From an uncultured Methylomirabilota bacterium (GTDB lineage: Bacteria; Methylomirabilota; Methylomirabilia; Methylomirabilales; 2-02-FULL-66-22): a stretch of 64,000 nt of DNA. The notes under the pieces were generated by a model that was given only the letters and a program-made list of their open reading frames with translations, had not been told where the DNA came from and made no database searches. A program made the position numbers and the translations under genes. This document shows positions 32,401 through 42,469 of the stretch, in pieces; positions within the stretch are counted from its first letter, which is position 1, and each line of letters starts with the position of its first letter. The DNA is taken from positions 2,080,001 through 2,144,000 of the forward strand of contig CAWJSJ010000002.1 of NCBI GenBank assembly GCA_963845565.1, read 5' to 3'.

Positions 32401-33747
32401 ATGTCCGACCTCGCCTCTCGCCTTACCCAGATTGTCGGGTCCATTCGCCTCGTGGATACCCACGAGCACCTGTTGTCCGAAGAGGAGCGGAACCGCGCGG
32501 CGCATGACTTCGGGTACCTCTTCCCGCACTATGCGTCGAGCGATCTGGTGTCCTCGGGCATGCCGCCGGCTCTCCTCGAGGCCGTGCGGGGCGCGGCCCG
32601 GCCGGTGCTGATGGAACGCATGGCGCGGATCGGCTGGATCCGCAAGCCGCCACCGTTCGTCGCACCCACCAGGGCGGATCTCTCGCTGGAAGAGCGCTGG
32701 GCGGCACTGGCGCCGTACTGGGATCGGATCCGTCACACCGGCTATGGGACGTGTCTGCGCATCGCCATCCGCGACCTTTTCGGCGTGGCGGAACTGAACG
32801 GGCAGACGTACGCGCAGCTTTCCGACGCCATCGCGAAGTCTCGCCGCGCGGGCTGGTACCGGCACGTCCTGAGAGAGAAAGCCGGAATCGCCGTGAGCAT
32901 CCAGGACGACTTCCGGACGGCTGTGGATCAGGAGTTGTTCGCGCCGGTGGTGCGAATGGAGCACTTCGCGTGCGCCACGACGCGCGGCGATCTCCGGAAT
33001 ATCGAGTCCGACACGGACCGTACCGTCCACTCCCTGGACGACCTGATTCAGGCCATGCACGCCGCACTGGACCGCGACCTGGCCGCCGGGGCGGTCGGCG
33101 TCAAGATCGGGATCGCCTATCGCCGCACCATCCGCTTTGAAAAGACCCCGCGCGCCGATGCCGAGCGGGTGTTCGCCCGGCTCTTCGGTCATCTGGGCGA
33201 GGGGCCCTCCTGGGAAGAGGCTCGCCCCCTGCAGGACTACATGTTCCACGAAATCGTCCGGGCTGCCGTCGAGCGCAACGCGCCGGTCCAGATCCACACC
33301 GGCCTCCAGGAGGGAAACGGCAACGTTCTGGAGAACTCGAACCCGCTGCTCTTGACCAATCTCTGTCTCGAGTACCCACAGGCAAAGTTCGACCTGTTTC
33401 ACGGCGGCTACCCGTTCATGGGGGAGGCGCTGGCGCTGGCCAAGAACTTCAGCAACGTGTTCTTGGATCTGTGCTGGCTGTACATCATTTCCCCCTCGGC
33501 AGGCGCGCGCATGCTGCACGAGGCGATCGAGACCGTCCCCGCCAACAAGATCTTTGCCTTCGGCGGAGACTTCATCATTCCCGAGGGCAGCTACGGGCAC
33601 AGCGTCATGGCGCGACGGACGGTCAGCCGCGTGCTGACGGAAAAGGTCGAGGACGGCTACCTCTCGGAGGATGAGGCTGCGGCGTTGGCGCGGCGGATCC
33701 TGCGTGACAACCCGGCGGCACTGTACAAGCTTCGGTTGGATGGATAG
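32401..33747 (+). CDS. Metal-dependent amidohydrolase (Amidohydro_2/uronate isomerase-like)
   Basis: DTHEH, QIHTG, LFHGGYP, FGGD. Confidence 0.85.
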   Translation: MSDLASRLTQIVGSIRLVDTHEHLLSEEERNRAAHDFGYLFPHYASSDLVSSGMPPALLEAVRGAARPVLMERMARIGWIRKPPPFVAPTRADLSLEERWAALAPYWDRIRHTGYGTCLRIAIRDLFGVAELNGQTYAQLSDAIAKSRRAGWYRHVLREKAGIAVSIQDDFRTAVDQELFAPVVRMEHFACATTRGDLRNIESDTDRTVHSLDDLIQAMHAALDRDLAAGAVGVKIGIAYRRTIRFEKTPRADAERVFARLFGHLGEGPSWEEARPLQDYMFHEIVRAAVERNAPVQIHTGLQEGNGNVLENSNPLLLTNLCLEYPQAKFDLFHGGYPFMGEALALAKNFSNVFLDLCWLYIISPSAGARMLHEAIETVPANKIFAFGGDFIIPEGSYGHSVMARRTVSRVLTEKVEDGYLSEDEAAALARRILRDNPAALYKLRLDG

Positions 33748-33758
33748 GGGGTGCTTTC

Positions 33759-35066
33759 ATGGACGCTGACATCATCAGGACGGCGCAGGCCCTGAAGGGG
33801 AAGGCGATCGCCCGGCGGCGCGATTTCCACAAGCACGCCGAGGCCGCCTGGACCGAGTTCCGGACGGCCTCGATCGTGGCGACGGAGTTGGCGGCGTTGG
33901 GGTACCGGGTGCTCGCGGGGGCGGAGGTGGTGGAGGCGAGCGCGATGATGGGCGTCCCGCCGGCGGCTGAACTGGAGCAGCACCGCCAGCGGGCCCTCGC
34001 CCAGGGGGCGGACCCCGTCTGGGTTGAGAAGATGCGCGGCGGGAAAACGGGGGTGGTGGGGATGATGACGTTCGGGCGGCCGGGGCCCACAGTGGCGCTG
34101 CGCGTGGACATGGACGCCAACGACCTCGGGGAGGCGACGGAAGAGAAACACCGGCCCTTCCGCGAGGGATTCGCGTCGGTGAACGCCGGCGCGATGCATG
34201 CCTGCGCCCACGACGGACACACGGCCATCGGCTTGGGAGTGGCGGAGGTCCTGGCAGGACTCAGGGACCGGCTGGCGGGGACGATCAAGTTGATCTTCCA
34301 ACCGGCCGAGGAGGGCGTCCGGGGGGCCAAGGCCATGGTTGCCAGGGGTGTGGTGGACGACGTGAAGTATATCGTGGGGTCCCACCTGGGGGTCAATCTC
34401 CGGAAGACCGGTCAAGTGGCCTGTCGGACGGAAGGGTTTCTGGCGACGACCAAGCTGGACGCCATCTTCACGGGTGTGCCGGCCCACGCAGGAGGGTCGC
34501 CCGAGACCGGGCGTAACGCCATCCTGGCGGCGGCCACGGCCACGCTGAACCTGCACGCCATCTCTCGTCACAGCAAGGGCGCCTCGCGTGTCAACGTCGG
34601 CGTTTTCCAGGGTGGGACCGGGCGCAACGTCATCCCGGCCAAGGCGGTCATCAAGGTGGAGACGCGCGGCGCCACGACCGAGATCAACGAGTATGTATAC
34701 GGCGAGGCGGTGCGGATCATCGAGGCGGCCGCGGCGATGCACGGCGTGAAGGCGGAGATCCAGCTCATGGGGGGCGCCGCCGGCTGCGACAATGATCCGG
34801 CGCTGGTGGCCCGGATCGAGCAGGTGGCGAAGCGGCAGGCGCTGTTCCCCGAGATCGTGTCCGCGGGCAACATCGGCGGCAGCGAGGATTGCACCTACTT
34901 CATGGAGCGGGTGCAGAAGAACGGCGGGCAGGCGGCGTTCGTGATCTTCGGCACGGAGCTGGCGGCGGGGCATCACGATAGCTTCTTCGACATCAACGAG
35001 GATGCGCTGGTCCCCGGCATCGCGCTGCTCTCGGGCGTTGCCGCGGAGCTGCTGACCAACGGGTAG
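33759..35066 (+). CDS. M20D amidohydrolase (AbgA-like)
   Basis: RRDFHKHAE, RVDMDA, MHACAHDGH, FQPAEEG, GSED, GHH. Confidence 0.9.
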   Translation: MDADIIRTAQALKGKAIARRRDFHKHAEAAWTEFRTASIVATELAALGYRVLAGAEVVEASAMMGVPPAAELEQHRQRALAQGADPVWVEKMRGGKTGVVGMMTFGRPGPTVALRVDMDANDLGEATEEKHRPFREGFASVNAGAMHACAHDGHTAIGLGVAEVLAGLRDRLAGTIKLIFQPAEEGVRGAKAMVARGVVDDVKYIVGSHLGVNLRKTGQVACRTEGFLATTKLDAIFTGVPAHAGGSPETGRNAILAAATATLNLHAISRHSKGASRVNVGVFQGGTGRNVIPAKAVIKVETRGATTEINEYVYGEAVRIIEAAAAMHGVKAEIQLMGGAAGCDNDPALVARIEQVAKRQALFPEIVSAGNIGGSEDCTYFMERVQKNGGQAAFVIFGTELAAGHHDSFFDINEDALVPGIALLSGVAAELLTNG

Positions 35067-35195
35067 GGCTGGGACGCACGTCCACAGGGCGCGGGGCGCA
35101 CCGACAATAGCCACAAGAGGCACAGGACGCACAGAGGGGGTACGGGAACTCTGGGGGTTCCGCCTTCTGCGTTCTTCTACGGGGAGGATTGGCGG

Positions 35196-35642
35196 ATGAC
35201 GATGCGAGTTGACGAGGCGGTGACGAAATTCCGAAACGGGTGCAACTGCTCGCAGGCGATCCTGTCCACGTACGGCAAGACCTTCGGTCTGGACGAAGCG
35301 CTGGCCAATCGCCTGGCGTGCGGCTTCGGCGGCGGGATGCGCCGGGCGGATGTCTGCGGGGCAGTCACCGGGGCCCTGATGGTGCTCGGGCTGCGTCACG
35401 GTCCGACAAGCTGCCCCGGACAGCCGCAGAAGAACGAGACATATGCAGCGGTGCAGGCTTTCCACGAGCGATTTGCGGAGCGGCAGCGAACGGTGATGTG
35501 CCGGGACCTGCTCGGCTGTGATGTCACGACCCCCGAGGGACTGCAAAAGGCGCAGGCGGAACAGTTATTCAAGACGATTTGCCCCGAGGCGGTCAAGGTG
35601 GCTGCTGAGATCTTGGAGGAGATGCTGAGCCTCCCGGCGTGA
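35196..35642 (+). CDS. C-GCAxxG-C-C family putative redox protein
   Basis: NCSQ, GFGGG, CGAVTG, CRDLLG, CP. Confidence 0.88.
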   Translation: MTMRVDEAVTKFRNGCNCSQAILSTYGKTFGLDEALANRLACGFGGGMRRADVCGAVTGALMVLGLRHGPTSCPGQPQKNETYAAVQAFHERFAERQRTVMCRDLLGCDVTTPEGLQKAQAEQLFKTICPEAVKVAAEILEEMLSLPA

Positions 35643-35831
35643 GACGCGGCAGCGGGCAGACGGACGGGTGGCGATTGGTCGATTGGCCAGTTGGTCAATT
35701 CGGGAAGGAATGGAGCGCAGCCGGCAGCCGGCAGGCGGCAGCGAACAGAACGCAGGGCAAAGCGCCAAGGGCCGAACGCTATGCGCTAGGCGCCTTGCGC
35801 TTCGCACTGGGGTGAGAGAGGTGGAGGACCG

Positions 35832-36137
35832 ATGAAAGCCATTGTTGATCTGTGCGTCGTTCCGCTGGGTGTGGGTGTATCCGTATCCCAATATGTCGTG
35901 GCCTGCGAGCGCATTCTGAAAGAGGCTGGACTCCAGACCCACCTGCATGCCTATGGCACCAACATCGAAGGCGAGTGGGACACGGTGTTCGCCGCGATCA
36001 AGACGTGTCACGAGACGGTGCACGCCATGGGCGCTCCCCGCATCTCCACGGTGATCAAGCTTGGCACACGGACCGACCGGGATCAGACCATGGACGACAA
36101 GGTCCGGAGCGTGGAGGCTAAATTGAATACACGGTAG
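35832..36137 (+). CDS. MTH1187/YkoF thiamine-binding family protein
   Basis: SVSQYV, HAYGTNIEGEW, GAPRIST. Confidence 0.9.
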   Translation: MKAIVDLCVVPLGVGVSVSQYVVACERILKEAGLQTHLHAYGTNIEGEWDTVFAAIKTCHETVHAMGAPRISTVIKLGTRTDRDQTMDDKVRSVEAKLNTR

Positions 36138-36349
36138 GACGCCGTGTCGGACCGTTTCGCGGGCGGCAATCGGCGAGCTACGCCTCTGTCACAACGGGGT
36201 TGCGCAGGACGCCAATTGCGTCTTGCTCCAGGCCCCCTGCGGCAGCGCGACGACGTCGCTCTCGAAATGGAACTCGGTCATGTCTACCCCTCGCGACACT
36301 ACCTTCGGTCCAGTCCTGTCGTCGGCCGATCCAATCCGGTAGTCTTGGA

Positions 36350-36543
36350 TTGTGATGCTGTAGAGCTCATTCCTGCCCAGGCTGCCCAAAAGGGCCCAGG
36401 TGCAAGGCGGCTAGCCGACGGCGGGGTACCCCCAGCGCAGCTGGGTCTAGGCGTACTGGAGGTACGCCGCAGCGAGTGCCGAGGCCGGCGGGGAACCTAT
36501 CCGCAGGATGGGTCACCGCAGATGGGCCCTTTTCAGCAGCCTG
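36350..36543 (+). mobile_element. Repeat family A copy 2
   Basis: GATGCTGTAGA...CAGGCTGCCCAAAAGGGCCCA...TGGGCCCTTTTCAGCAGCCTG; supplies the stop codon of the adjacent oxidoreductase. Confidence 0.85.
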
Positions 36544-37612
36544 CCACCTTCACCGCTTGGGCTTGCGCCTTGAGGGCAAGTTCGATGGCCAGGAATGTCT
36601 GCCGCTGGGACATGGCCTCTTCCGTTCGGTGCAGGCAGTCCAGGATGAGTTGGCCAAAATAGGGGAACCCGATGGTGCCGTGTACGGGAAGATGGTGTTC
36701 GCCCTGGTGATCGACGAGGTAGATGTGATCACCGGTCGCATCACGGGCGACATCGAGATACTTCCGGAGCTCGATGTATCCGTCGGTGCCCAAGATCATC
36801 GTGCGGCCGTCGCCCCAGGCGCCGAGTCCGGCGGGCGTGAACCAATCCACGCGAAAATACCCAGTCGCACCGTTGTCGGCCACCAGCGTGGCGTCGCCAA
36901 AGTCCTGGAAATCTGGGTGATTCCGGTTGTGGTAGTTGCCGACCATGCTATGGAGAACGCGCGCGTCGTTCGCGCCCGCGTAGTGGAGAAACTGCTCGAT
37001 TTGGTGGCAGCCGATATCCACCAGGATGCCGCCGTACTGCGCGGGATCCCAAAACCACGGCGGCCGAGTCGGTGCGTTGAGGCGATGCGGCCCCAGGCCG
37101 ATCACCTGGACCACCCGCCCGATGGCCCCCTGGTGAATCAAGTCACCGGCCTTGACCGCGGCCTCGACGTGCACCCGCTCGGAGTAGTAGGCAGCGTAAA
37201 TCCGGCGCGTCTCGGCGACCTTCTTCCGGGCGGCGTCGAGTTGGTCCAAGGAACTCAGCGGCGGCTTGTCGGCGAAATAGTCCTTTCCGTGATCCATGAC
37301 CCGAAGGCCCAGCGGACCGCGTTCGCACGGAATGGCGGCACTGGCGATCAAGCGAACGCTGGGATCTTCGAGGACCTCCGCCTCGGCGCGAGCCGCGTTC
37401 ACGCCGGGATAGGTGGCGCAGAACGACGCGATCCTCTGCGGGTCGGAGTCGACCACCCACGCCAGCTCGCCGCCCGCCTCGATGAGGCCGTTGCACATCC
37501 CGTAGATGTGGCCGTGGTCGAGACCCACGGCCGCGAAACGGAATTCACCTGGCCGGCACACCGCGTTCGCCTTGCCTCGCGGCGCGTAATTCATCCCGTC
37601 CGCTTTTTGCAT
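36533..37612 (-). CDS. Gfo/Idh/MocA family oxidoreductase
   Basis: GLDHGHIYG, DKPP, GGILVDIGCHQ. Confidence 0.9.
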   Translation of the reverse strand: MQKADGMNYAPRGKANAVCRPGEFRFAAVGLDHGHIYGMCNGLIEAGGELAWVVDSDPQRIASFCATYPGVNAARAEAEVLEDPSVRLIASAAIPCERGPLGLRVMDHGKDYFADKPPLSSLDQLDAARKKVAETRRIYAAYYSERVHVEAAVKAGDLIHQGAIGRVVQVIGLGPHRLNAPTRPPWFWDPAQYGGILVDIGCHQIEQFLHYAGANDARVLHSMVGNYHNRNHPDFQDFGDATLVADNGATGYFRVDWFTPAGLGAWGDGRTMILGTDGYIELRKYLDVARDATGDHIYLVDHQGEHHLPVHGTIGFPYFGQLILDCLHRTEEAMSQRQTFLAIELALKAQAQAVKVAGC

Positions 37613-38020
37613 CGCGTACCTCTTGCGATTACCTGCCGACGTTTCGGCCCCGTGTGATGTCGTTGTCCCTGACGCTCTTCGCGTTGCGGGTCGTTTCGTG
37701 AAAATGCCGCGCATTTCCGAGGACGCCTTCGCGCGTATTGCACATGGCGGCGCAGCTTGGCGCACCCCGCCGGCAACTGTCAAGCGGAATCGCCGAGATA
37801 TTCGGCCTGTCGAGGGGTGTCGTGCGTCACGGTGCGTGCTGCTCGGCGGGCCCCGCGCGTCCCCGGGGGGCGCAAAGGGTCGGGTGGCGCGGGCGGCGCT
37901 GCCGAGACGTTTGCGTTGACACCTTTTCGCGGCGGGCAGTATACTGCGTCGCGCTTCGGGGGCGACGACGGCTGTGCTCCTGTTTCGCACCAGCGGGCAC
38001 GGGCCGCGCAAGGAGGGACC

Positions 38021-38977
38021 GTGGAACGGAATCTCGCGCTTGAAGTGGTCCGCGTCACCGAGGCGGCGGCCCTGTCGTCGGCCCGCTGGATGGGCCTGGG
38101 CAACGGGAAGGCCGCGGAACAGGCCGCGGTGGACGCCATGCGGCGGGGTTTCGACGCCGTCTCCTTCTGTGGCCGAGTGGTGATCGGTCAGGGCGAGCGG
38201 GACGAAGCGCCGATGCTCTTCATCGGCGAGCGGATCGGCGGCGGCGACGGGCCGGAGTTGGATGTCGCGCTTGGCCCCCTGGAGGGCTCGAACATCGTGG
38301 CGCAAGGGCGCGCCAACGCCCTGTCCGTAGTGGCGATCACCGAACAGGGTGGCCTGTTCCGGGCGCCGGATATCTACATGGAGAAGATCGCCGTCGGCCC
38401 CCGGGCCAAGGGGGCCGTGGACCTGAGCCTGACGCCCGCGCAGAATCTGGAGAGTATCGCCGGCGCCATGAAGTGTTACGTGGAGGATCTGACCGTCGTG
38501 ATCCTGGACCGGCCGGCCCACGCGGACCTGATTCGGTCTGTCCGCGAGGCGGGGGCGCGCATCAAGCTGATCCAGGATGGTGACGTGTCCGCCGCCATCG
38601 CTACGGCCTTTCCGGAGACGGGGGTCGATGTCCTGATGGGTGTGGGCGGGGCTCCCGAAGGCGTTCTGGCGGCTGCGGCGCTCCAGTGCTTGGGCGGGGA
38701 TATGCAGGGACGCCTGCGACCGCGGAACGACCAGGAGATCGAGCGGGCCCGCCGCGCCGGTATCAAGGAGATGGATCGGATCTACCGGATCGGCGACCTG
38801 GCGTCGGGCAACGAGCTGATGTTTGCGGCCACCGGGGCCACCGACGGCGACCTGTTGCGAGGGGTCCGGTTTTTCGGGGGTGGGGCGCGCACCCATTCGG
38901 TGGTGATCCGGCGCCGGTCCGGGACGACGCGGTTTATCGAGGCGACGCATCGGTTCGACCGCCGCCCAGTCTACTAA
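38021..38977 (+). CDS. glpX: GlpX (class II FBPase) homologue with substituted active-site residues
   Basis: RVTEAAAL, DEAPML, YMEK, DGDV, GGAPEGV, ATGATDG colinear with GlpX; carries E33/Q57/G85/S90/A166. Confidence 0.9.
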   Translation: MERNLALEVVRVTEAAALSSARWMGLGNGKAAEQAAVDAMRRGFDAVSFCGRVVIGQGERDEAPMLFIGERIGGGDGPELDVALGPLEGSNIVAQGRANALSVVAITEQGGLFRAPDIYMEKIAVGPRAKGAVDLSLTPAQNLESIAGAMKCYVEDLTVVILDRPAHADLIRSVREAGARIKLIQDGDVSAAIATAFPETGVDVLMGVGGAPEGVLAAAALQCLGGDMQGRLRPRNDQEIERARRAGIKEMDRIYRIGDLASGNELMFAATGATDGDLLRGVRFFGGGARTHSVVIRRRSGTTRFIEATHRFDRRPVY

Positions 38978-39127
38978 AAGGCTGCTGAAAAAGGCCCATC
39001 TACGGCGTTGGCGCGCTCGGGCGCTCGCTGCGGCGTACCCCAGTACGCCTCACTCGGCCCATCGCTTGCCGCCTTGTAGCTGGACCTTTTTGAGCAGCCT
39101 GGGTCTAAGTGGAGTCTTCGGCATCGT
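38975..39127 (-). mobile_element. Repeat family A copy 3 (short form lacking both GNA hairpin arms)
   Basis: TAAAAGGCTGCTGAAAAAGGCCCA...CTCGCTGCGGCGTACCCCAGTACGCC...TGGACCTTTTTGAGCAGCCTG. Confidence 0.82.
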
Positions 39128-39240
39128 CCGAAAGAGCATCGAGAAAACTCTGGCGTAAGTAGGTGCCACGCAAGCGAGAAGAACGAGAACACGGTCGCGC
39201 TGCATCGCTGACTGCTGAACGCTGAACGCTCGCAACCGAG

Positions 39241-40518
39241 GTGAACGTGATCAAGGGCATTCGAGGGGCTCCGGACATTCTTCCCGACGAGACGGGGAAA
39301 TGGCAGGCGCTCGAGACGGTGGCGCGTGACGTGCTGGATCGGTACGGCTATGCCGAGATTCGCACCCCCATCTTCGAGCGGACCGAGTTGTTCGTCCGCG
39401 GGATCGGTGAGGCAACCGATATCGTCGAGAAGGAGATGTACACCTTCGAGGACCGCGGGGGCGAAAGCCTGACGCTGCGTCCCGAAGCCACCGCCTCGCT
39501 GATGCGGTCGTTCGCAGAGCACAACCTGGCCGCCAAGAGCAGCCTGGTGAAGCTGTACCTGATCGGCCCGATGTTCCGGCACGAGCGGCCCCAGTCGGGT
39601 CGCTTCCGACAGTTCCACCAGGTGGACGTGGAAGCGATCGGCTCGCCGGGCCCTGCCGTGGATGCGGAGGTCGTGGCGCTGCTCCACCATCTGCTGGAGG
39701 CATGGGGTCTGCGCGGCGTGGAACTGCACGTGAACAGCATCGGGGACCCGGCCTGCCGCCCGCGATACCGCGACGCGTTCCTGGCGTACCTCGGGGGGCA
39801 TCGGGACGCGCTGTGCCCCGACTGCCATGTCCGGATGACGAAGAACCCGCTGCGTGTCCTGGACTGCAAGCAGCCGGCCTGCCGGGCGGTCGCCGCCACG
39901 GCGCCGACGCTCTCCGGGTATCTGTGTGACGCGTGCCGGGACCACTTCGCCGAGGTGCGTAGTCTGCTGGACGGCTTGAAGATCGGATACGAGGTGGATG
40001 AGCGGTTGGTGCGCGGGCTGGATTATTACACCCGCACGACCTTCGAGTTCCTGAACCCGGCGCTGGGATCGCAGAACGCGGTGGCCGGCGGAGGCCGCTA
40101 CGACGGCCTGGTCGAGGAGTTGGGCGGACCGCCCACGCCGTCCATCGGATTCGCCATCGGCGAGGAGCGGATCCTCACCTCTCTGGCCGCCCAAGCCGAA
40201 GCGGCCGAGACCCCCCCCATCACCGGAGTGTATGTGGCGACGGCGGGGCCGGTGGATCTGCGGGTGGCCATGGAGCTGACTCAGACGTTGCGGCGGAAGG
40301 GGCTGCGGTCAGCGCTGGACCTGGAGAGGCGCAGCCTGAAAGGGCAGATGCGGCAGGCGAACAAGGACCGGTTCCGGTACTCGCTGATCCTGGGGGCCGA
40401 TGAACTGGCGCGGGGGCAGGTCACGCTGAAGGACATGGTCGGTGGGGCGCAGCACGAGATTCCGCTTGCCGAAGCGGCCGATCGGTTGACGCACTTGCCG
40501 GAACGGGAGATCGTATAG
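39241..40518 (+). CDS. hisS: Histidine--tRNA ligase
   Basis: KEMYTF, LRPEAT, FRHERPQSGRFRQF, LVRGLDYY, GGGRYD. Confidence 0.99.
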   Translation: MNVIKGIRGAPDILPDETGKWQALETVARDVLDRYGYAEIRTPIFERTELFVRGIGEATDIVEKEMYTFEDRGGESLTLRPEATASLMRSFAEHNLAAKSSLVKLYLIGPMFRHERPQSGRFRQFHQVDVEAIGSPGPAVDAEVVALLHHLLEAWGLRGVELHVNSIGDPACRPRYRDAFLAYLGGHRDALCPDCHVRMTKNPLRVLDCKQPACRAVAATAPTLSGYLCDACRDHFAEVRSLLDGLKIGYEVDERLVRGLDYYTRTTFEFLNPALGSQNAVAGGGRYDGLVEELGGPPTPSIGFAIGEERILTSLAAQAEAAETPPITGVYVATAGPVDLRVAMELTQTLRRKGLRSALDLERRSLKGQMRQANKDRFRYSLILGADELARGQVTLKDMVGGAQHEIPLAEAADRLTHLPEREIV

Positions 40519-42288
40519 ATGAAGGGCTGGGAGCGGAGTGTCTACTGCGGCCAGGTCCAGGCCGCCCAGGTGGGAAAGACGGTCACCCTCAACGGCTGGG
40601 TGGATCGCCGGCGGGATCTTGGCGGATTGATCTTCGTCCACCTGCGGGATCGCGAAGGCATCGTGCAAGTGGTCTTCAACCCGGAGCAGTTTCCCGATGC
40701 GCACCGCTGCGCCGAGGAGATGCGGTCCGAGTATGTGGTGGCCGTCCGGGGCGAGGTCCGCCCGCGACCCGCCGAGAGCGTCAATGCCGACTTGCGCACC
40801 GGCGCGATCGAGGTGCTGGCGCACGCGGCGATCATCCTGAACGACGCCAAGACGCCCGTGTTCGCCATCGCGGACGAGACCGACGTGGCCGAGGACATTC
40901 GGCTGGCCTACCGCTACCTGGACTTGCGGCGTGCGCCGCTCCAGCGAAATCTGCGCCTGCGGCACCGATTCTACCAGACGACGCGGCGGTATCTGGACGG
41001 TCAAGGTTTCGTGGAGGTGGAGACGCCCGTGCTCACCAAGAGCACGCCGGAGGGCGCGCGGGACTACCTGGTTCCCAGCCGGGTGAATCCGGGAGAATTT
41101 TTCGCACTCCCGCAGTCCCCGCAGCTCTTCAAGCAACTCCTCATGGTGGCGGGGTTCGACCGGTACTACCAGATCGTCAAGTGCTTTCGGGACGAGGATC
41201 TCCGCGCCGACCGGCAGCCGGAGTTCACGCAGATCGACGTCGAGATGTCGTTCGTGGACCGCGACGCGGTCCTGGCGCCGATGGAGGGGCTGGTCGTCGA
41301 GCTGTTCCGCGAGGTGCGGGGGATTGAGCTGCCCCGGCCGTTCCCGCGCATCACGTTCGACGACGCGATCCGGCGGTTTGGTCTGGATGCCCCGGATATG
41401 CGCTTCGGCCTGGAGCTCCAAGATGTCGGCACGCTCTTCGCCGGGTGCGCGTTCCGGGCGTTTGCCCAACCCCTGGCGGCCGGCGGCCGCGCCATGGCCC
41501 TGAAGGTTCCCGGGCAGGGGGAGATCACCCGGAGCCAGCTCGACCTGCTCGAGACCTTCGCAAAAGGGTTCGGCGCCAAGGGGCTGGCCTGGTTCAAGAT
41601 CGGTCCGGACGGAATCACCTCGCCGGTGGCCAAGTTTCTCCCGGCGGAGCTGCTGCAACAGTTCCGCGAGCGGATGGGCGGCGAGGCAGGCGACCTGCTG
41701 CTCCTCTGCGTGGACCGGCCGAAGGTCGCCGCCGACGCCATGGGGCGCCTGCGGCTCAAGTTCGGCCACGAACTCAAGCTGATCGACCCCAAGGCGTTGG
41801 CCATCACCTGGGTGACCGAGTTCCCGCTGTATGAGTGGGACGAGAAGGAAAAGCGCTGGTCCGCCATGCACCACCCGTTCACCTCGCCGATGGACGAGGA
41901 CCTGGCGCTCTTCGACAGCGACCCCGGGAAGATCCGGGCGAAAGCGTACGATCTGGTGATCAACGGGGCCGAAGTGGGCGGCGGCAGCATTCGGATCCAC
42001 CGGCGCGAGGTCCAGAACAAGATGTTCCAGACCCTGGGCATCGGACCGGACGAGGCCAAGGCCAAGTTCGGCTTCCTGCTGGACGCGCTGGAGTACGGCA
42101 CGCCCCCGCACGGCGGGATCGCCTTCGGTCTGGACCGCCTGGTGATGATCCTGACGGGCGCCGATTCCATCCGGGACGTGGTCGCCTTCCCCAAGACACA
42201 GCGGGCCCAGGACCTCATGACCAAGGCCCCGTCGCCCGTGGACCCGGCGCAGTTGAAGGAGCTACACATCAAGGTGGATCTGGCGTAG
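40519..42288 (+). CDS. aspS: Aspartate--tRNA ligase
   Basis: [47 protein letters not shown]. Confidence 0.99.
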   Translation: MKGWERSVYCGQVQAAQVGKTVTLNGWVDRRRDLGGLIFVHLRDREGIVQVVFNPEQFPDAHRCAEEMRSEYVVAVRGEVRPRPAESVNADLRTGAIEVLAHAAIILNDAKTPVFAIADETDVAEDIRLAYRYLDLRRAPLQRNLRLRHRFYQTTRRYLDGQGFVEVETPVLTKSTPEGARDYLVPSRVNPGEFFALPQSPQLFKQLLMVAGFDRYYQIVKCFRDEDLRADRQPEFTQIDVEMSFVDRDAVLAPMEGLVVELFREVRGIELPRPFPRITFDDAIRRFGLDAPDMRFGLELQDVGTLFAGCAFRAFAQPLAAGGRAMALKVPGQGEITRSQLDLLETFAKGFGAKGLAWFKIGPDGITSPVAKFLPAELLQQFRERMGGEAGDLLLLCVDRPKVAADAMGRLRLKFGHELKLIDPKALAITWVTEFPLYEWDEKEKRWSAMHHPFTSPMDEDLALFDSDPGKIRAKAYDLVINGAEVGGGSIRIHRREVQNKMFQTLGIGPDEAKAKFGFLLDALEYGTPPHGGIAFGLDRLVMILTGADSIRDVVAFPKTQRAQDLMTKAPSPVDPAQLKELHIKVDLA

Positions 42289-42324
42289 TGCCAGATTCGA
42301 GCGCGCTGTCACCGTGTGCGGTCA

Positions 42325-42430
42325 CTTAGGAGCCGTTACGAAATGACCTATACATCTCTTTCTATTTCGTTACGGCTCCTTATGCCGTTTCGGAATGTCT
42401 CCGCTCAACTACTTCTTTGACAACGGCTTA
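42325..42430 (-). repeat. Repeat family B copy 2
   Basis: Reverse complement aligns end to end with 1756-1858. Confidence 0.85.
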
Positions 42431-42469
42431 CGATCCGGTCAGAACGAGCAGGCTAGGGAGGACGCTCGC

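Noticed and set aside
36189..36389. 66-aa ORF next to repeat copy 2
   Set aside because: Starts inside the repeat end; no RBS or motif support
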